The notes under the pieces: generated by a model
What the model saw: the letters and a program-made list of their open reading frames with translations, nothing else
What the model was told of the DNA's origin: nothing
The model's database searches: none
Made by a program: the position numbers and the translations under genes
Shown here: positions 61,046-64,000 of the stretch, in pieces
How the letters are laid out: the number at the start of each line of letters is the position of its first letter
Numbering within the stretch: the stretch's first letter is position 1
Assembly (NCBI GenBank): GCA_965237525.1
Contig: CBDEFO010000008.1
Span: forward strand, 1,376,001-1,440,000
DNA: 64,000 nt
Origin: Candidatus Latescibacterota bacterium
Lineage (GTDB): Bacteria > Latescibacterota > CBDEFO01
Direction: 5' to 3'

Positions 61046-64000
61046 ATGCCGAAAAGATACGATATACACAAAATTATGATCATAGGGTCAGGGCCTATCA
61101 TAATAGGTCAGGCGTGCGAGTTCGATTATTCGGGGACGCAGGCGTGCAAGGCTCTAAGGGAGGAGGGATTCGAAATCGTCCTTGTAAACAGCAATCCCGC
61201 TACAATTATGACTGACCCTGAGATGGCGGACAAAACTTACATCGAACCTATTATCCCTGAGATATGCGAAAAGATTATCGAAAGGGAACGGCCCGACGCC
61301 CTCCTGCCTACTTTAGGTGGTCAGACAGGATTGAACATCTCGGTGGAGCTTGCGGAAAGCAAAGTCCTGGAGAGATTCGGCGTGGAGATGATAGGGGCCA
61401 AACTGGCGGCGATCAAAAAGGCAGAAGACAGAGAGCTCTTTAAGAAGACTATGGAAAAGGCCGGGGTCGATCTCCCCAAAGGGAGGTTCGCTTATTCCCT
61501 CAATGAGGCTGTTGATTTCCAAAAAGAGATAGGCTACCCCGCAATTATAAGGCCGTCCTTTACCTTGGGGGGCACAGGTGGAGGGATAGCTCGTGACGAT
61601 GAGGAGTTTAAAAGCTCAGCCGAGCACGGTCTGAATATGAGTCCGATACATGAGATACTGATAGAGGAATCGGTGATAGGATGGAAGGAGTTCGAGCTGG
61701 AGGTGATGAGGGACCTCAAGGATAATGTGGTAATTGTATGTTCTATTGAAAATTTAGATCCGATGGGCATCCACACAGGGGACAGCATAACTGTCGCTCC
61801 CGCTCAGACCCTCACGGACAAGGAATATCAGCTTATGAGAGACGCCGCTATAAGGGTGATCAGGGAGATAGGCGTGGAGACAGGTGGGTCGAACATACAG
61901 TTTGCAGTGAATCCAGAGGACGGGAGGATGGTGATAATCGAGATGAACCCGAGGGTATCCAGAAGCTCCGCTTTGGCGTCTAAGGCGACAGGATTCCCAA
62001 TAGCCAAGATGGCGGCCAAATTGGCGGTGGGATATACTCTGGATGAGATAAGAAACGATATTACCAGAGAGACGCCTGCTTCGTTCGAGCCCACAATAGA
62101 TTACTGCGTGGTGAAATTGCCAAGGTGGGCGTTTGAGAAGTTTCCGGGGGCAAAAGATGAGCTGAACACCCAGATGAAGTCTGTGGGCGAGACTATGGCG
62201 ATAGGCAGAACGTTTAAGGAGGCCCTTCAAAAAGGATTACGATCTTTGGAGATAGGAAGAGGAGGGCTGGGCGCCGACGGAGTCGAGATGGAACTCCCCT
62301 CAAATGGAAAATCGGAGTTTATCAGGCATAAATTGGAAGTTCCCAACGCTCAGAGGATCTTCTACATTAGAGAGGCGTTCCAGTCCAAAATGCCCCTGGA
62401 GGAGGTCCATGAACTTACGAAGATAGACCCCTGGTTCTTAGGCAATATACAGGATATTGTTCTGTTTGAGGAGGAATTAGCACTGTCCTCCAGCATAGAC
62501 AAAGATTCGCTACTGAGAGCCAAACAGTTCGGCTTCAGCGATCGTCAGTTAGCTTCGATATGGAGGACAGATGAGGAGACGATCAGGTCTCTGAGGGTGG
62601 AAGAAGGAATAATAGCCACGTTCAAGACTGTGGATACGTGCGCGGCGGAGTTTGAGGCCTATACGCCTTATCACTATTCGACTTATGAGAGCGAATGTGA
62701 GGTGGTGCATTCTAATAGTAAGAAGAAGATCGTGATCCTGGGAAGCGGTCCCAACCGAATAGGCCAGGGGATAGAGTTCGATTACTGCTGTGTGCACGCT
62801 TCGTTCGCTTTGAAAGAGGATGGATTTGAGACCATAATGGTCAACAGCAACCCTGAGACCGTAAGCACAGATTACGATACATCAGATAAGCTCTATTTTG
62901 AGCCGCTGACAGTGGAGGATGTACTGAACATAGTAGATAAGGAAGATCCCGACGGTGTGATAGTTCAGTTTGGAGGACAGACTCCGCTGAATCTGGCGGT
63001 TCCCCTAGAAAGAGCGGGCGTGAAAATCTTAGGGACATCGCCGGACAGCATAGACCTTGCAGAGGACAGGAAACGTTTCGGGGCGCTGATCGAAGAATTG
63101 GGGATAAGACAGCCCGAAAACGGGGCAGCGACCAGTTTCCATGAGGCAAGAAAGATCGCAGCGGACATAAGCTATCCCGTTTTGGTAAGGCCGTCTTACG
63201 TGCTGGGCGGAAGGGCTATGGTCATCGTCCACGATGAAGGATCCTTAGAGAGGTATATGCATGAAGCTGTCAGGGTGTCGCCGCTCCATCCGGTGCTGAT
63301 AGATAAGTTTTTGGAGGACGCCTACGAATTGGATGTGGACGCTGTGTGTGATGAGAACGACGTAGTTATCGGCGGAATCATGGAGCACGTGGAAGCGGCG
63401 GGCATCCATTCTGGCGACAGCGCGTGCGTGGTACCTCCCAATTCTATCTGTGACAGGGAAATTGGAAAGATGAAGGAGCATGTTCGGGATCTAGCCAAGG
63501 CTTTGGAAGTCGTGGGCTTGATGAACGTGCAATACGCTGTGAAGAACAAAGAGATCTATGTGCTCGAGGTGAATCCGAGGGCGTCCAGGACTGTTCCTTT
63601 TATAAGCAAGGCAATAGGGGTACCTCTGGCCAAGATAGCGGCACGGGTGATGGTTGGAAAGACCTTAAAAGAGCAGGGATTCACGTCGGAGGTGCACATA
63701 AAGCACACAGCAGTTAAAGAGGCGGTTCTGCCGTTTATAAAGTTTTCCGGCGTGGATTCTATATTGGGACCTGAGATGAAGTCCACAGGCGAGGTTATGG
63801 GCATAGATACCAGCTTTGGAGCCAGCTTTTTGAAGGCTCAGCTATCTGCCGGATTCAGGATGCCACTGTCGGGAAAGGTGTTTATGAGCGTGAACGATAA
63901 GGACAAAGCCTCAGTGATTCCGATAGCCAGGAAGCTTTACGAAATGGGATTTAAGATTGTGGCTACTGAGGGGACGTACAAGTTCCTGAAACAGAACAAA
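61046..64000 (+). CDS. carB: Carbamoyl-phosphate synthase large subunit (3' truncated by the window edge)
   Basis: Absent from the ORF track; [43 protein letters not shown] and repeated [13 protein letters not shown]. Confidence 0.97.
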   Translation, partial: MPKRYDIHKIMIIGSGPIIIGQACEFDYSGTQACKALREEGFEIVLVNSNPATIMTDPEMADKTYIEPIIPEICEKIIERERPDALLPTLGGQTGLNISVELAESKVLERFGVEMIGAKLAAIKKAEDRELFKKTMEKAGVDLPKGRFAYSLNEAVDFQKEIGYPAIIRPSFTLGGTGGGIARDDEEFKSSAEHGLNMSPIHEILIEESVIGWKEFELEVMRDLKDNVVIVCSIENLDPMGIHTGDSITVAPAQTLTDKEYQLMRDAAIRVIREIGVETGGSNIQFAVNPEDGRMVIIEMNPRVSRSSALASKATGFPIAKMAAKLAVGYTLDEIRNDITRETPASFEPTIDYCVVKLPRWAFEKFPGAKDELNTQMKSVGETMAIGRTFKEALQKGLRSLEIGRGGLGADGVEMELPSNGKSEFIRHKLEVPNAQRIFYIREAFQSKMPLEEVHELTKIDPWFLGNIQDIVLFEEELALSSSIDKDSLLRAKQFGFSDRQLASIWRTDEETIRSLRVEEGIIATFKTVDTCAAEFEAYTPYHYSTYESECEVVHSNSKKKIVILGSGPNRIGQGIEFDYCCVHASFALKEDGFETIMVNSNPETVSTDYDTSDKLYFEPLTVEDVLNIVDKEDPDGVIVQFGGQTPLNLAVPLERAGVKILGTSPDSIDLAEDRKRFGALIEELGIRQPENGAATSFHEARKIAADISYPVLVRPSYVLGGRAMVIVHDEGSLERYMHEAVRVSPLHPVLIDKFLEDAYELDVDAVCDENDVVIGGIMEHVEAAGIHSGDSACVVPPNSICDREIGKMKEHVRDLAKALEVVGLMNVQYAVKNKEIYVLEVNPRASRTVPFISKAIGVPLAKIAARVMVGKTLKEQGFTSEVHIKHTAVKEAVLPFIKFSGVDSILGPEMKSTGEVMGIDTSFGASFLKAQLSAGFRMPLSGKVFMSVNDKDKASVIPIARKLYEMGFKIVATEGTYKFLKQNK

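Noticed and set aside
61313..63804. Short minus-strand ORFs from the track
   Set aside because: Antisense shadows of carB

Overview
Bacterial chromosomal window of moderate GC. Gene content suggests a diderm FCB-group/Latescibacterota-like lineage, but this is inference only. The housekeeping backbone comprises ecfT-truA-htrA-psd-pssA-tatA-gatA, comF, nfeD-SPFH, tRNA-Leu(GAG), an M23/bactofilin pair, acpS, nnrE/D and a partial carB. Accessory material is interleaved: (1) ridA plus a sulfite/nitrite reductase behind a perfect Rrf2-like operator; (2) two near-identical 1302-bp DDE insertion sequences and an IS1182-like element splitting an O-methyltransferase; (3) a DtxR-boxed metal island (two-domain multicopper oxidase, ZIP transporter, cupredoxin, di-heme oxidoreductase, Rieske protein, tandem porins) that is partly decaying and retains a dtxR::feoB deletion scar; (4) a STAS-kinase / STAS-wHTH / HEPN-like cassette directly upstream of nurA-HAS-herA; (5) a decayed island beside the tRNA with two tandem repeats. 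Intergenic DNA carries a layered repeat system: TAGACAG heptamer elements that often start at TAG stop codons, GTAG-type REPs, and a ~21-bp hairpin (9 copies) nested inside other repeats. Several single-base frameshifts and nonsense codons could be real decay or sequencing error. All protein assignments are from motif recognition; no database search was run.
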